Source of the DNA: Clostridia bacterium
Lineage (GTDB): Bacteria > Bacillota > Clostridia > UBA1381
DNA length: 64,000 nucleotides
Direction: 5' to 3'
NCBI GenBank assembly: GCA_017415105.1
Contig: JAFQJD010000004.1
Location: forward strand, 55,127 to 119,126
Shown here one piece after another: positions 37,030 through 47,054 of the stretch. The notes under the pieces are model-generated. The model made no database searches and was not told the origin of the DNA. It saw only the letters and a list, made by a program, of their open reading frames with translations. Position 1 is the first letter of the stretch; each line of letters begins with the position of its first letter. The position numbers and the translations under genes were made by a program.

Positions 37030-37162
37030 ATTCATTGATGAAATAAATTCAATATATGCTTTTCGAACAGTATATAGGTTGTGAAGAATACTTTTGAGAA
37101 GTGCAGGTCTATATTGCAGAAAATTTGCATATCTTCTATCAGTAACAAAAAAGGAGAATGCT

Positions 37163-37672
37163 ATGCAGTATATAACCCCGGCATTGATTATGCTTATAAT
37201 AATAGCCGCCCTTTCAAGAAAAAGAGCGGTGTATAATGATTTTATTGACGGTGCGACAGACGGAATGAAGCTTTTAGGTGACATATTCCCACCGCTTGTT
37301 GCAATGCTTGTCGGTGCATCAATGCTAAAAGCCTCGGGTGCAATGGATATTCTGCTTAAATACTTGTCGCCCATATCAGAAAAAATCGGACTCCCCGAGG
37401 GCGTAATGCCGCTTGTACTTATCCGTCCGGTATCGGGTAGCGGTTCAATCGGAATACTGTCGGGGATATTAAACGAATACGGTGCAGATTCCCTCACCGG
37501 CCGTATGGCATCAGTAATATGCGGAAGTACTGAAACGACCTTTTATTGTCTTGCGGTTTACTTTGCAAAAACGCGGGTAAAATCAATAAAACGTGCTCTG
37601 CCGTCTGCGATGCTGGGTGACCTTGCAGGAATCGTTGCGGCAATTTTTGCATTACGTATTGTCGGGCTGTGA
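37163..37672 (+). CDS. spmB: spore maturation protein B-like nucleoside-recognition (Gate) domain membrane protein
   Basis: LIRPVSGSGSIG.. and CGSTETTFYCLAVYF are typical of SpmB. The ATG at 37163 follows an AAAGGAG RBS. Confidence 0.65.
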   Translation: MQYITPALIMLIIIAALSRKRAVYNDFIDGATDGMKLLGDIFPPLVAMLVGASMLKASGAMDILLKYLSPISEKIGLPEGVMPLVLIRPVSGSGSIGILSGILNEYGADSLTGRMASVICGSTETTFYCLAVYFAKTRVKSIKRALPSAMLGDLAGIVAAIFALRIVGL

Positions 37673-37676
37673 CAGA

Positions 37677-38183
37677 TTATCGTCCTCTGTATTCACTTTT
37701 TAAGATTTCTGCCATTTCCTCAGGCGTTTCGATACATCCACCGGCAAGCCACATTTTAATGATTGAGTTAAGTCCGTTTCTGAAAAACTCTATGTGGTAT
37801 TTTGTGTGCTTGTCATCAAAATCCTTGTACGCACGTGCTTTATCATAAATATTCACCTGATTTTTCTGGTCATAACCAAGCTTAAAGTACACCTTATAGA
37901 AAAGCTGATTTTCGTAAATGTGTCTGAACATCTTTTCTGCACTGCGGTTATCAGTGTCCTGAAACTGCGTGTTGAAATCCTTTTCAAGCTGCTCACGCAG
38001 CTTATCTGCCAAATCATATATATCAACGAAATTTGCGTAAAAGGTACTTCTGTTTAAAGCGGTCTTTTTGCATATGTCTGTTACTGTGATCTGATGTAAT
38101 TCTTTTGACATCAGCATATCAAGAAATACCTTTTCAATTTTTTCTATTGATTCACGTCTGCGACGGTTGTTTTTTACATTCAT
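37677..38183 (-). CDS. TetR/AcrR-family transcriptional regulator
   Basis: N-terminal HTH (ITVTDICKKTALNRSTFYANF). Confidence 0.8.
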   Translation of the reverse strand: MNVKNNRRRRESIEKIEKVFLDMLMSKELHQITVTDICKKTALNRSTFYANFVDIYDLADKLREQLEKDFNTQFQDTDNRSAEKMFRHIYENQLFYKVYFKLGYDQKNQVNIYDKARAYKDFDDKHTKYHIEFFRNGLNSIIKMWLAGGCIETPEEMAEILKSEYRGR

Positions 38184-38229
38184 AATACCAGCTCCTTTAT
38201 TATTCCAACACTTGTTGTGAAATTGATGA

Positions 38230-38258
38230 TTGAAAAATCTTGTTACAAATATTATACT
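38230..38258 (+). promoter_or_regulatory. sigma-A type promoter for 38320
   Basis: TTGAAA, a 17 nt spacer, then TATACT, bracketed by an 11 bp inverted repeat (38205-38215 / 38276-38286). Confidence 0.45.
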
Positions 38259-38319
38259 ATAATTGCATTAAAAATACAAGTGTTGGTTTAATGCAAAAAA
38301 TTTAAGGAGGAAAAATATT

Positions 38320-38688
38320 ATGAAGAAGAGTAGTTTTGTTGCAATGGTACTTGGGACAGTATCGGGAGTTCTGTTTTCGCTGGGTATGTGTATGGCGCTT
38401 TTGCCGGAATGGAACGCATTTAAACCCGGTGTGGTTTTCGGAGCCACAGGTTTGATTATTGGGCTGATAACACTGATAGTATGGCGAAAAATGGAGAACA
38501 AAGCGCCGATGAAGCTTAACGGCAGAATGGTTGCACTTTGGGTGTTCGGAATTGTCGGAGCTCTGACGTTAGGTATTGGTATGTGCTTCTGTTTGGTATG
38601 GAATAATATCATACTTGGAACAATAATCGGTTTGGTGGGCATAATTCTTCTGCTTTCCATTATACCGATAACGAAAGGGATAAAATAA
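38320..38688 (+). CDS. small 4-TM membrane protein
   Basis: Four hydrophobic segments and an AAGGAGG RBS. Divergent from the TetR gene. Confidence 0.6.
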   Translation: MKKSSFVAMVLGTVSGVLFSLGMCMALLPEWNAFKPGVVFGATGLIIGLITLIVWRKMENKAPMKLNGRMVALWVFGIVGALTLGIGMCFCLVWNNIILGTIIGLVGIILLLSIIPITKGIK

Positions 38689-38689
38689 A

Positions 38690-38878
38690 ATGGCAAAATC
38701 AAAAATTGTAAAAGGCATTGAAAAGATATCTGATGGCGTAACAAAAGGCTATAAAAAAATAGAAAAAGGTGTGGTTGACGGTTACACCAAAATAGAGGAT
38801 AAATTTGTTGATCAGTACTTAACAAAGGACGGCGAAACCGTCGAAGAAGCGAAGGAACGATTGAAAAAAGAGTACTAA
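38690..38878 (+). CDS. small hydrophilic protein (62 aa)
   Basis: Internal repeat G(V)xKGYKKIEKGVVDGYTKIE. Starts 2 nt after the stop of the previous gene. Confidence 0.5.
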   Translation: MAKSKIVKGIEKISDGVTKGYKKIEKGVVDGYTKIEDKFVDQYLTKDGETVEEAKERLKKEY

Positions 38879-38891
38879 CCCAAAACAGTTC

Positions 38892-38913
38892 AAACAGCCG
38901 GAAACGGCTGTTT
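38892..38913 (+). terminator. weak intrinsic terminator
   Basis: AAACAGCCG gaaa CGGCTGTTT, with only the 3 T of the stem as a tract. Confidence 0.45.
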
Positions 38914-39078
38914 CAGTGTGTCGACAAACTGTCGACACACTGGCAGAGTTCGAAAAAGGAAGTTATATTTTGCCAAATTGAATTCGTCGGCGTACGCGGG
39001 TACGGTAGAGTTCAATTTGGCAGAAAGCAAGCAACCGCAAGGGAAACTCGACGTTTCTCTTGCGGTTTTTTGTGGTTT
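38914..39078 (+). ncRNA. candidate structured non-coding RNA or 3' UTR element
   Basis: Perfect 12 bp hairpin at 38914-38942. Perfect 12 bp stem 38971-38982/39011-39022 enclosing a GC-rich nested hairpin. Strong terminator at 39033-39067 plus a T tract. No ORF. Confidence 0.35.
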
Positions 39079-39182
39079 TAGTTACAAAAGCTTATAAAAC
39101 TGCCTTTGACATAATTTATGTTTTGCTTGCGGTAGAACGACTTTTTCGACAGTCTGAAATCGGGAGTTTCCCGATTTCTCTT

Positions 39183-40178
39183 TTATTCTTGACCGCAAGC
39201 TTTCAGTACATATTTATATAGCATCAGTTCATAATCATAGTCCCACGGATTTTCTTTCTCACCACGAACCATTTGGGCAAATGATGCCATCATATTATTG
39301 TAGCGATGGAACGGCTCGGTAGTTTTAAATTCCGAGTCAGCAAACCAGTCGTTACCATAAACCTCACGGTAATCAGTGGTTATAACATCATCCATCACCC
39401 GTTCAATCGGACGAATTTCAACAGTTCCCTTTGAGCCTGATACCACAAGCTGACGTCGCATAAATCCGCCCGGTTCTACTGCCGAGGTTTTTGCAAACGA
39501 AACACCGTTTTTATATTCAAACACAGCCATTGTGTAATCGTCACCAAGTGCACCGCCAACTCCGCTTGATTTACATAAAGGAATTACACGTTCCGGCTCA
39601 CCCTGTATCTGCAAAATCAAATCAATCAAGTGACAGCCTAAAAAGAACATCATACCACCCGGAAAATTTGTCAGCCAGTCACGCATTTCTTTTTGGTGAA
39701 CACAGCTCATCTGTGCCTCAACACTTATCACGTCGCCTATCTCTCCGTCCTTAATCCGCTTGATAAGCTCTGTTATATACGGATTATAACGGTACATATA
39801 CCCGGTATGGAACACCGTCTTATTCTTTTTTACGATGTTTATAAGCTTCTCAAATTCAACCGGATCTGTTCCGCCCGGTTTTTCCATATGTATGTGCTTG
39901 CCGTGCTCTGCGGCAAGAGTTGCATATTTTGTGAGATATATTTCTTCAGTTTCAACTGCCACCGCCTCAATTTCGGGGTTATTCAGAATTTCATCAACCG
40001 ACATCTCTGGCAAACCATCAAATACACTCATACGGTCCGGAAATTTCTCTCTTTCATTTTCAGGCAAGGCATAGCCGACAACATCGAATAACTCCGGCTG
40101 ATCACGCATAGCCTTTATTATAGTTATTCCGTGCGAATGATAACTTATACCAATCTGTGCTACTTTTATTTTTCTCAT
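39183..40178 (-). CDS. Gfo/Idh/MocA-family oxidoreductase
   Basis: N-terminal Rossmann fold (IKVAQIGI..) and EKP motif (HIHMEKPG). Confidence 0.85.
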   Translation of the reverse strand: MRKIKVAQIGISYHSHGITIIKAMRDQPELFDVVGYALPENEREKFPDRMSVFDGLPEMSVDEILNNPEIEAVAVETEEIYLTKYATLAAEHGKHIHMEKPGGTDPVEFEKLINIVKKNKTVFHTGYMYRYNPYITELIKRIKDGEIGDVISVEAQMSCVHQKEMRDWLTNFPGGMMFFLGCHLIDLILQIQGEPERVIPLCKSSGVGGALGDDYTMAVFEYKNGVSFAKTSAVEPGGFMRRQLVVSGSKGTVEIRPIERVMDDVITTDYREVYGNDWFADSEFKTTEPFHRYNNMMASFAQMVRGEKENPWDYDYELMLYKYVLKACGQE

Positions 40179-41194
40179 TCTATACCCCTCCAGTCAAACT
40201 GGCTTACTACCGGAAAATTCTTATCATTGATAAGTCGTGTATACACTTCAGAACAATCCCCAGGTAAATGTACTTCATCTACCATAGCTTTGAGGTCCAT
40301 TCTGCCAAACTCACATAGCTTTAGAATAGTCTTTATATCATCAGTGTGGGTGAAATATCCGGGCAAAGAATCATGCACAGGACGTGCAAGTGTATGTGCA
40401 CCGATAAGTTGTATTCCCGGTCCATGGACTTTTCTGTAGTAATCAACAGTAAAATTCTTATCACGTGTACATCCTAAAAGTGCAATTCTTCCGAATTTCG
40501 CCATACAGTCAAGGCACTGATTAAGTCCCGTTCCAAGCCCTGTGACCTCAATTGCAGTTTTAACACCGCCGTCCGTAAGCTCAATCACCTTTTTCGTAAA
40601 GTCCTTATCAAACGGATCGAGTGCATAATCAGCACCGAATTTCAGTGCTTTTTCACGTCTTTCGGGCACAGGGTCAACCGCAATAACCGGCACTGCACCT
40701 GCTACCTTTGCAAACTGCACACCAAGAAGTCCTAAAATCCCAAGCCCCATTACCATCATAGACTCACCCACTTCAAGCCTTGTTTTACGCAATGCCGCCA
40801 TCGGGAAAGTGCCTATGTAGCACAGTGATGCCTCCTGCATCGACACTTTATCCGCATTGAATTTAACCACGTTCTCTTCCGGTACCACATTGTATTTTCT
40901 GTGCAGACTGCCTCGCATTGCAACACTGTCACCAACATCAACTGATGTAACATTACTGCCCTTTGCCATAACAACCCCTGCACCGCTGTAGCCCAGTTCT
41001 CTTGGGAAAACAACAGCACCGTCAGCATATATGCTTACATTCGGATCTCCCATTATGTTTGCTTTTTCTGTTCCGCAGCTTATCGAGCTGAAATGTGTTT
41101 CTACAAGAACCTGGTTCTCTGAAATTTCCGGACACTCAACCTCCAATAATTCTGCTTTGTTTATTTCGGTAAATACTATCTGTTTGTTATTCAT
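40175..41194 (-). CDS. zinc-type medium-chain alcohol/polyol dehydrogenase
   Basis: Has GTEK.., and GLGILGLLGVQFAK. The ATG at 41194 follows an AGGAGG RBS. Overlaps the downstream gene by 4 nt. Confidence 0.8.
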   Translation of the reverse strand: MNNKQIVFTEINKAELLEVECPEISENQVLVETHFSSISCGTEKANIMGDPNVSIYADGAVVFPRELGYSGAGVVMAKGSNVTSVDVGDSVAMRGSLHRKYNVVPEENVVKFNADKVSMQEASLCYIGTFPMAALRKTRLEVGESMMVMGLGILGLLGVQFAKVAGAVPVIAVDPVPERREKALKFGADYALDPFDKDFTKKVIELTDGGVKTAIEVTGLGTGLNQCLDCMAKFGRIALLGCTRDKNFTVDYYRKVHGPGIQLIGAHTLARPVHDSLPGYFTHTDDIKTILKLCEFGRMDLKAMVDEVHLPGDCSEVYTRLINDKNFPVVSQFDWRGIE

Positions 41195-41229
41195 AATCTT
41201 TCTACCTCCTGCAAAATAATTATATTGCA

Positions 41230-41258
41230 TTGACTTTCTTATTAAAATATATTATAAT
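41230..41258 (+). promoter_or_regulatory. sigma-A type promoter for the araC-family gene
   Basis: TTGACT, a 17 nt spacer, then TATAAT. Confidence 0.55.
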
Positions 41259-41304
41259 ATATAAAAAGAGGTAAAATTCTATACTTATATAAAGGATAAT
41301 CACT

Positions 41305-42054
41305 ATGAATGATATAATTTTCTCTGATAACTTTACCTTTAATGATTTCAGTTTTTCATCGCATCATTATACAGATAACCGTCAGGGTGTTAATTACAAT
41401 TTTCTTGCTTATATGGCAAAAGGTCATGCTGAGATTGTTTCTGACAGAAAAAGTATAAAAATCAGTGAGGGCGATATTTTTTATATCCCGAAAAATCTCT
41501 CGTATCAATCGTATTGGTATGGCAATGATGAAATACGGTTCCTTTCTTTCGGATTTCTTGAGCTGAACACAGATGATTTTGCGAGCTTTGAGTTGCAGAC
41601 TGTTCCCTGCTTTAAAGAAACCGTTGATAAAATCACAGCCATACCCATAAAAAGAAGTATCGACTGCAAAGCTTTAAGTCTATTTTATGATGTTATGTCA
41701 GATATTTTACCGAATCTTAAAAAATCCGAAAGTAAAGAGCAAGCCTTTATCCGGCTGATAAAAACCTGCATACGAAAGAATCCGCATCTGTCACTTGCTG
41801 AAATCGCAAAACAGTGCTATATCAGCGAACCCTATCTGTATTCACTTTTTAAAAAGAATACGCAAACTTCACCCAACGAATACAGACAAAAATTTTTATG
41901 CGAAGGAGCTATTGAGTTTTTAGTTACTACTGATAAAAAAATCGAAGAAATAAGCCGTATTATGGGCTTCAGTTCAAGCTCGTATTTCAGAAAAGTCTTT
42001 AAGAAGCACACCGGCAAGACGCCCGGCGAAATTCGCAAAAACAGAACATTTTAA
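41305..42054 (+). CDS. AraC-family transcriptional regulator
   Basis: Cupin-like N-terminus and a C-terminal double HTH (..FSSSSYFRKVFKKHTGKTPGEIR). Confidence 0.85.
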   Translation: MNDIIFSDNFTFNDFSFSSHHYTDNRQGVNYNFLAYMAKGHAEIVSDRKSIKISEGDIFYIPKNLSYQSYWYGNDEIRFLSFGFLELNTDDFASFELQTVPCFKETVDKITAIPIKRSIDCKALSLFYDVMSDILPNLKKSESKEQAFIRLIKTCIRKNPHLSLAEIAKQCYISEPYLYSLFKKNTQTSPNEYRQKFLCEGAIEFLVTTDKKIEEISRIMGFSSSSYFRKVFKKHTGKTPGEIRKNRTF

Positions 42055-42084
42055 AAGCAACCGGAAACGGTTGCTTTTGTTTTT
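42054..42084. terminator. bidirectional intrinsic terminator
   Basis: AAAGCAACCG gaaa CGGTTGCTTT followed by TGTTTTT. Confidence 0.75.
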
Positions 42085-42802
42085 ATTTTGTAAGTTCTTT
42101 AACACAAGCTTTGATTTTTGCGATTTCCTCGTCTGTTACGGGCTCGTCAAAGTCAGAGAATGTATTGTTTGTAATATCTCTGCCCGTAAGCATAGAATAC
42201 CACAATAGTCCCATTGCATAACGAGCAGTTCCGTATGAGGCATGGAATGTGTCACGGTGCACAGGCGAAATCCCTGCACTTATGAGCTTCTGGAACAGCT
42301 CACCTGACGGGATAATGAAGTCCGCCTTAATATCCTTTGCAGCCTTATCATAGGCTTTTTTAAGCTCGTTATGATAATCAATCTGTTTTTCATAACCAAG
42401 CCCGTGAAGTCTTTCACTGCCTTCCTCGCATGCCCAGGTCTGGTGAATTACCACCTTTGCCTTCGGCACACATTCACGGATATATTCAACGAGTCTGTTG
42501 AGATACGGCTGATATGTGTCATAGTCCATTGAACCGGTGCTTACCTGCTGAACGGTTATAACGTCCCACGCACGGTTTAAGAGTGCTTCATCAAGCGAGA
42601 CATAAAAGCCCGTTCCCACACCGTTAAGCTCAAGCTCATATTCACGCTCACCGCTTAACATATTACGGTGATGACGTTCAAGCGAGCATCCGCCGATATA
42701 AAGATTGTGTGTATTAAGGTCAACTCCGTCTGCTCTTGCAATTTTATGGATGTATCTCTGTGCATCCTGCGAAAAGCTGTTGCCTATTGATAGTATGTTC
42801 AT
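42083..42802 (-). CDS. DUF4886 / SGNH-like hydrolase-fold protein
   Basis: MNILSIGNSFSQDAQRY.. is a typical N-terminus for the family. Confidence 0.7.
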   Translation of the reverse strand: MNILSIGNSFSQDAQRYIHKIARADGVDLNTHNLYIGGCSLERHHRNMLSGEREYELELNGVGTGFYVSLDEALLNRAWDVITVQQVSTGSMDYDTYQPYLNRLVEYIRECVPKAKVVIHQTWACEEGSERLHGLGYEKQIDYHNELKKAYDKAAKDIKADFIIPSGELFQKLISAGISPVHRDTFHASYGTARYAMGLLWYSMLTGRDITNNTFSDFDEPVTDEEIAKIKACVKELTK

Positions 42803-42860
42803 ATTAAATCACTCCTCCGTTTTAAAAGGGCACAGATGCAAAATCTGTGCCCTTTCTGCC

Positions 42861-43334
42861 TTATATAAGCTTTATTGTCTTTATAACCTGCGGCACTACC
42901 GGTTTATCGTCACAACCCGTCTGACACGTTGCAATAGTATCGACAACGTCCATACCGTCTGTAACCTTACCAAATGCGGCATACTGACCGTCAAGATGCG
43001 GTGCGTCTTTATGCATTATAAAGAACTGACTTGATGCACTGTCGGGGAACATTGTTCTTGCCATCGACAGAACACCACGTTCGTGCTTAAGCATATTTCT
43101 TACGCCGTTTGACATGAATTCGCCCTTGATTGATTCAGCATCCTTATGGTTTCCTACAGCATCAAAGCCGCCGCCCTGAATCATAAAGCCCGCAATTACA
43201 CGGTGGAATACAAGCCCGTCAAAGAAATTCTCGCCTATAAGCTTTACAAAGTTTTCAACCGTTATCGGTGCAACCTCCGGATAAAGCTCTGCCTTTATAA
43301 TTCCGCCGTTCTGCATTTCTATCTGTATATTCAT
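42861..43334 (-). CDS. ppiB: cyclophilin-type peptidyl-prolyl isomerase
   Basis: Has FHRVIAGFMIQGG and SQFFI. Confidence 0.9.
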   Translation of the reverse strand: MNIQIEMQNGGIIKAELYPEVAPITVENFVKLIGENFFDGLVFHRVIAGFMIQGGGFDAVGNHKDAESIKGEFMSNGVRNMLKHERGVLSMARTMFPDSASSQFFIMHKDAPHLDGQYAAFGKVTDGMDVVDTIATCQTGCDDKPVVPQVIKTIKLI

Positions 43335-43352
43335 AGTTTTTACTCCTTTTGA

Positions 43353-45869
43353 TTATTCTGCATCAGTTTCTTCAGCTTCTGCATCGCTTCCCTCTTCAGG
43401 GATCTCTTCTTCCTCATAACGCTCTGTTAAGGCAACACTTACAACGCTCACACCGTCTTTCATCTTGACAAGACGAACACCCTGTGTCTGTCTGCCAAAT
43501 CTGCTTATAGAGTCAACGTGAAGTCTTATAACTACACCCTCAGAGGTTATAAGCATAATATCCTCATCATCACTTGCTGATAATACTCCTGCGAGCTTGC
43601 CGGTCTTTTCAGTAAGCTTATATGTGAAGATACCCTTACCGCCTCGTGACTGGAGTCTGTATTCCTCAACATCGGTGCGTTTTCCGTATCCGCCCTCGGT
43701 TACTGCAAGAACAGTCTTGGTCTCGTCTATTACCATAGCCGAAACTACGCAGTCGCCTTTTCTTAGCTCGACAGCCTTAACACCACGTGTTGTTCTGCCC
43801 ATTGCTCTTGCGTCAGTTTCCTTGAAACGTACTGCAAAGCCATTCTTTGTGGCAACCATTATTTCCTGCTCGCCGTCGGTCTTATTTACGCTTATAAGCT
43901 CATCACCCTCAACAAGGTCGATAGCACGCAGACCGTTCTGACGGATTCTTGAGTAGTCCATAATATCTGTTCTCTTTACAAGACCGCCACGTGTTACGAA
44001 TGTGAGATAGTCACCGTTATTGAATTCACGTACCGGAATCATTGCACTTATCTTCTCGCCGGACTCAAGCGGAAGGATGTTCACTATTGCCATACCCTTC
44101 GCTGTACGGCTTGATTCCGGAATATGATAGCCCTTAAGCCTGTAAACCATACCCTTTGTTGTGAAGAACAGGATGTTATCGTGAGTTGAAGCAGTAAATA
44201 TATGCTCTACAAAGTCCTCTTCACGTGTTGTAACGCCTGTTATTCCTCTTCCGCCTCTGTTTTGTGAACGGTAAGTATCGACCGGCATACGCTTTGTATA
44301 GCCGTTGTGAGTGAGAGTTATTATGCATTCCTCTTCCTCGATAAGGTCCTCATCCTCAAGGTTGCTGTAGTCCATAGCAATCTCTGTACGACGCGGATCG
44401 CCGTATTTGTTCTTGAGTGCAACAAGGTCCTCCTTAATAATTTCGAAAACCTTTGACTCGTCTGCAAGAATTGCCTCATACTCGCCTATCTTTGCAAGCA
44501 CACCCTCATATTCTGATTCAATCTTCTCCCTTTCAAGACCTGATAAACGTCCCAACTGCATCTGAACGATTGCTGTTGCCTGAACATCGTCAAGCTCAAA
44601 TCTTGCACACAACTGTTCCTTTGCATCAGCAATAGATTTTGATGCGCGGATTATGCGTATAACCTCATCGACATTATCTATAACTATCTTATAGCCCTCA
44701 AGCAAGTGTGCACGTTCTTTTGCCTTCTTCAAGTCAAAACGTGTACGGCGGATTATTACATCCTCCTGATGTGCTATATAGTAGTCAATCAATTCCTTGA
44801 GGTTAAGCACCTTCGGAACTTTATCAACCAATGCGATAAGTATGATACCGAATGACTCCTGCATTTCGGTATATTTATAAAGGTTGTTGAGTACAACATT
44901 TGCATTAGCATCACGCTTGAGTTCGATAACAAGGCGGATGTCCTCTGATGATTCATCACGTGTTGACGAAATACCGTCAAGCTTACCGTCACGGATAAGC
45001 TCGTTTATGTGTGTCTCCATCTGTGCCTTGTTAACCTTATATGGGATTTCAGTTACGATAATCCTCTGCTTGCCGTTATCGTATTCCTCAATTTCTGCTT
45101 TTGCACGGAGAACTATTTTGCCTCTGCCTGTTGAGTACGCCTGACGGATACCGCTCTTGCCCATAATTATACCACCGGTCGGGAAGTCCGGGCCCGGGAT
45201 ATACTGCATAAGCTCCTCGATGGTTATCATCGGGTCATCAATTGATGCGATAATAGCGTCTACAGCCTCTGTAAGGTTGTGTGGCGGTATGTTTGTTGCC
45301 ATACCTACAGCGATACCGTTTGAGCCGTTTACCAAGAGGTTCGGGAACCTTGACGGCAATACGTCCGGTTCTTTTCTTGTATCGTCAAAGTTTGATACGA
45401 AATCAACGGTTTCTTTCTCTATATCTGTAAGCATTGATGCTGAAATCTTTGCCATTTTTGCTTCCGTATAACGGTAAGCAGCAGGCGGGTCGCCGTCGAT
45501 TGAACCGAAGTTTCCCTTACCCTGAACAAGCGGATATCTCAATGAGAAGGGCTGTCCAAGACGAACCATTGCATCATAAACCGATGCGTCACCGTGCGGA
45601 TGGTATCTACCGAGCACGTCACCGACGGTAGTAGCCGACTTTCTGAAGTCTGCCTCATAAAGCAAGCCATCCTCATACATATTGTAAAGAATACGTCTGT
45701 GCACAGGTTTTAAACCGTCACGCACATCCGGAAGTGCACGGCTTACAATAACGCTCATTGCGTAGTCAATATACGCCTTTTGCATTTCATTATTCAGTTC
45801 TACACCTACTATTTTCTGATCGTCTAACGCCGCTCTGTCAAACGGTAGTTCCTTGGATTTTTTAGCCAT
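43353..45869 (-). CDS. gyrA: DNA gyrase subunit A
   Basis: Has DGLKPVHRR, the active-site region [10 protein letters not shown], a beta-pinwheel C-terminal domain and an acidic tail. Confidence 0.95.
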   Translation of the reverse strand: MAKKSKELPFDRAALDDQKIVGVELNNEMQKAYIDYAMSVIVSRALPDVRDGLKPVHRRILYNMYEDGLLYEADFRKSATTVGDVLGRYHPHGDASVYDAMVRLGQPFSLRYPLVQGKGNFGSIDGDPPAAYRYTEAKMAKISASMLTDIEKETVDFVSNFDDTRKEPDVLPSRFPNLLVNGSNGIAVGMATNIPPHNLTEAVDAIIASIDDPMITIEELMQYIPGPDFPTGGIIMGKSGIRQAYSTGRGKIVLRAKAEIEEYDNGKQRIIVTEIPYKVNKAQMETHINELIRDGKLDGISSTRDESSEDIRLVIELKRDANANVVLNNLYKYTEMQESFGIILIALVDKVPKVLNLKELIDYYIAHQEDVIIRRTRFDLKKAKERAHLLEGYKIVIDNVDEVIRIIRASKSIADAKEQLCARFELDDVQATAIVQMQLGRLSGLEREKIESEYEGVLAKIGEYEAILADESKVFEIIKEDLVALKNKYGDPRRTEIAMDYSNLEDEDLIEEEECIITLTHNGYTKRMPVDTYRSQNRGGRGITGVTTREEDFVEHIFTASTHDNILFFTTKGMVYRLKGYHIPESSRTAKGMAIVNILPLESGEKISAMIPVREFNNGDYLTFVTRGGLVKRTDIMDYSRIRQNGLRAIDLVEGDELISVNKTDGEQEIMVATKNGFAVRFKETDARAMGRTTRGVKAVELRKGDCVVSAMVIDETKTVLAVTEGGYGKRTDVEEYRLQSRGGKGIFTYKLTEKTGKLAGVLSASDDEDIMLITSEGVVIRLHVDSISRFGRQTQGVRLVKMKDGVSVVSVALTERYEEEEIPEEGSDAEAEETDAE

Positions 45870-45918
45870 ATTTTCCTCCTTGAGCAGTATTCTCCGGCTC
45901 TTATCTTATATACATATA

Positions 45919-45947
45919 ATTATACCATAAAAACCCTTAAATTGCAA
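45919..45947 (-). promoter_or_regulatory. sigma-A type promoter for gyrA
   Basis: On the minus strand: TTGCAA, a 17 nt spacer ending in TGG, then TATAAT. Confidence 0.55.
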
Positions 45948-45987
45948 GCAAATATGCGTATTTTTTTGCAAAAAAATGTACAAAAAA

Positions 45988-46006
45988 GAACCGTCCGTGA
46001 CGGTCC
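45988..46006 (-). terminator. intrinsic terminator after the prsA-like gene
   Basis: Minus-strand RNA GGACCGUC acg GACGGUUC followed by UUUUUU. Confidence 0.75.
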
Positions 46007-46016
46007 TTTTAACTGC

Positions 46017-47003
46017 TTAATATGATACTGACAAATCGTCCTCTTTTACAGGCGATTCTGTAAGCATATCCTCTGCAATTGCATCAATTACATCCTGATG
46101 GATTTCCACTTTGATGTTGTATTCCTTAAGAAGCTCCTCAAATCTCTTCTCTGTACGCTTTGATGAATATGAACTTGAAACTGTGTCCTTCTTATCCTCA
46201 AATGCAGGAAGCTCAACTCTTAAAATAACGTGGTAGCCGTAATCTGATTCACAGATACCAAACTCACCCGGCTTAAGCTCCTTAACCTTTTCCTCAAACG
46301 GTTTTACCATTTCACCGTCTGTGAACACATATCCGTCAGGATTGCTCTCCGAGCCCGGATCCTGTGAATATTCTTTTACTAAAGCGTCAAAGTCTTCACC
46401 GTTCTTTGCACGCTCTAAAAGCTCGTTTGCAAGCTCTTCACCCTGCTTCTCACCCTCAGCCGGCTCTGCACCTTCTTCAGGCTTATTTACAAGGATGTGC
46501 TTTGCAGCATAGTAGCTCTCATCATAGAATGCCTTAAGCTCGTCGTCTGTAGCTTCTTTATCCTTGAACTCTTCTGCTATCTTTTCCTGTACCTTTGTAG
46601 CGTATGCACTTGCCGTAAACAGCTTGTCAAGGAAGTCCATACTTGATGCGTTGTCCTTAAGGTACTTTGTATAAGCATCATAACCGCCGCCGTTTGCCGC
46701 ATACTGCGCTCTCATATTTACTGCAGAGTTTTTCTCTTCATCTGTAAGCTCAATCTTCATTGCCTCACCAAGCTCACCGTACCGGAATATCGTTTCCATC
46801 TGCTCAACTATCATCGGCTTTACTGTTTCAAAGTCTGAACCCATATAAGCCATATCAGCCTTTGTCATAATCGCAATATCACCTGCTGTTACCTTTGTAT
46901 CGCCTATTTCCATTGCAACCTTTTTAAGCTTTCCGTTTGCACCGCAGGCTGTAAGTGCCATTGCAAGCGCTGCGACAGCAGCCATTAAACGTATTTTTTT
47001 CAT
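46017..47003 (-). CDS. PrsA/SurA-like parvulin peptidyl-prolyl isomerase lipoprotein
   Basis: Lipobox MKKIRLMAAVAALAMALTAC and parvulin motifs (AKHILV, GYHVI). The ATG at 47003 is preferred. Confidence 0.8.
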   Translation of the reverse strand: MKKIRLMAAVAALAMALTACGANGKLKKVAMEIGDTKVTAGDIAIMTKADMAYMGSDFETVKPMIVEQMETIFRYGELGEAMKIELTDEEKNSAVNMRAQYAANGGGYDAYTKYLKDNASSMDFLDKLFTASAYATKVQEKIAEEFKDKEATDDELKAFYDESYYAAKHILVNKPEEGAEPAEGEKQGEELANELLERAKNGEDFDALVKEYSQDPGSESNPDGYVFTDGEMVKPFEEKVKELKPGEFGICESDYGYHVILRVELPAFEDKKDTVSSSYSSKRTEKRFEELLKEYNIKVEIHQDVIDAIAEDMLTESPVKEDDLSVSY

Positions 47004-47054
47004 TTTATGTTCCTTCTTTCTTTTTATAAAATAGTTCAACAAGTACATTATACA

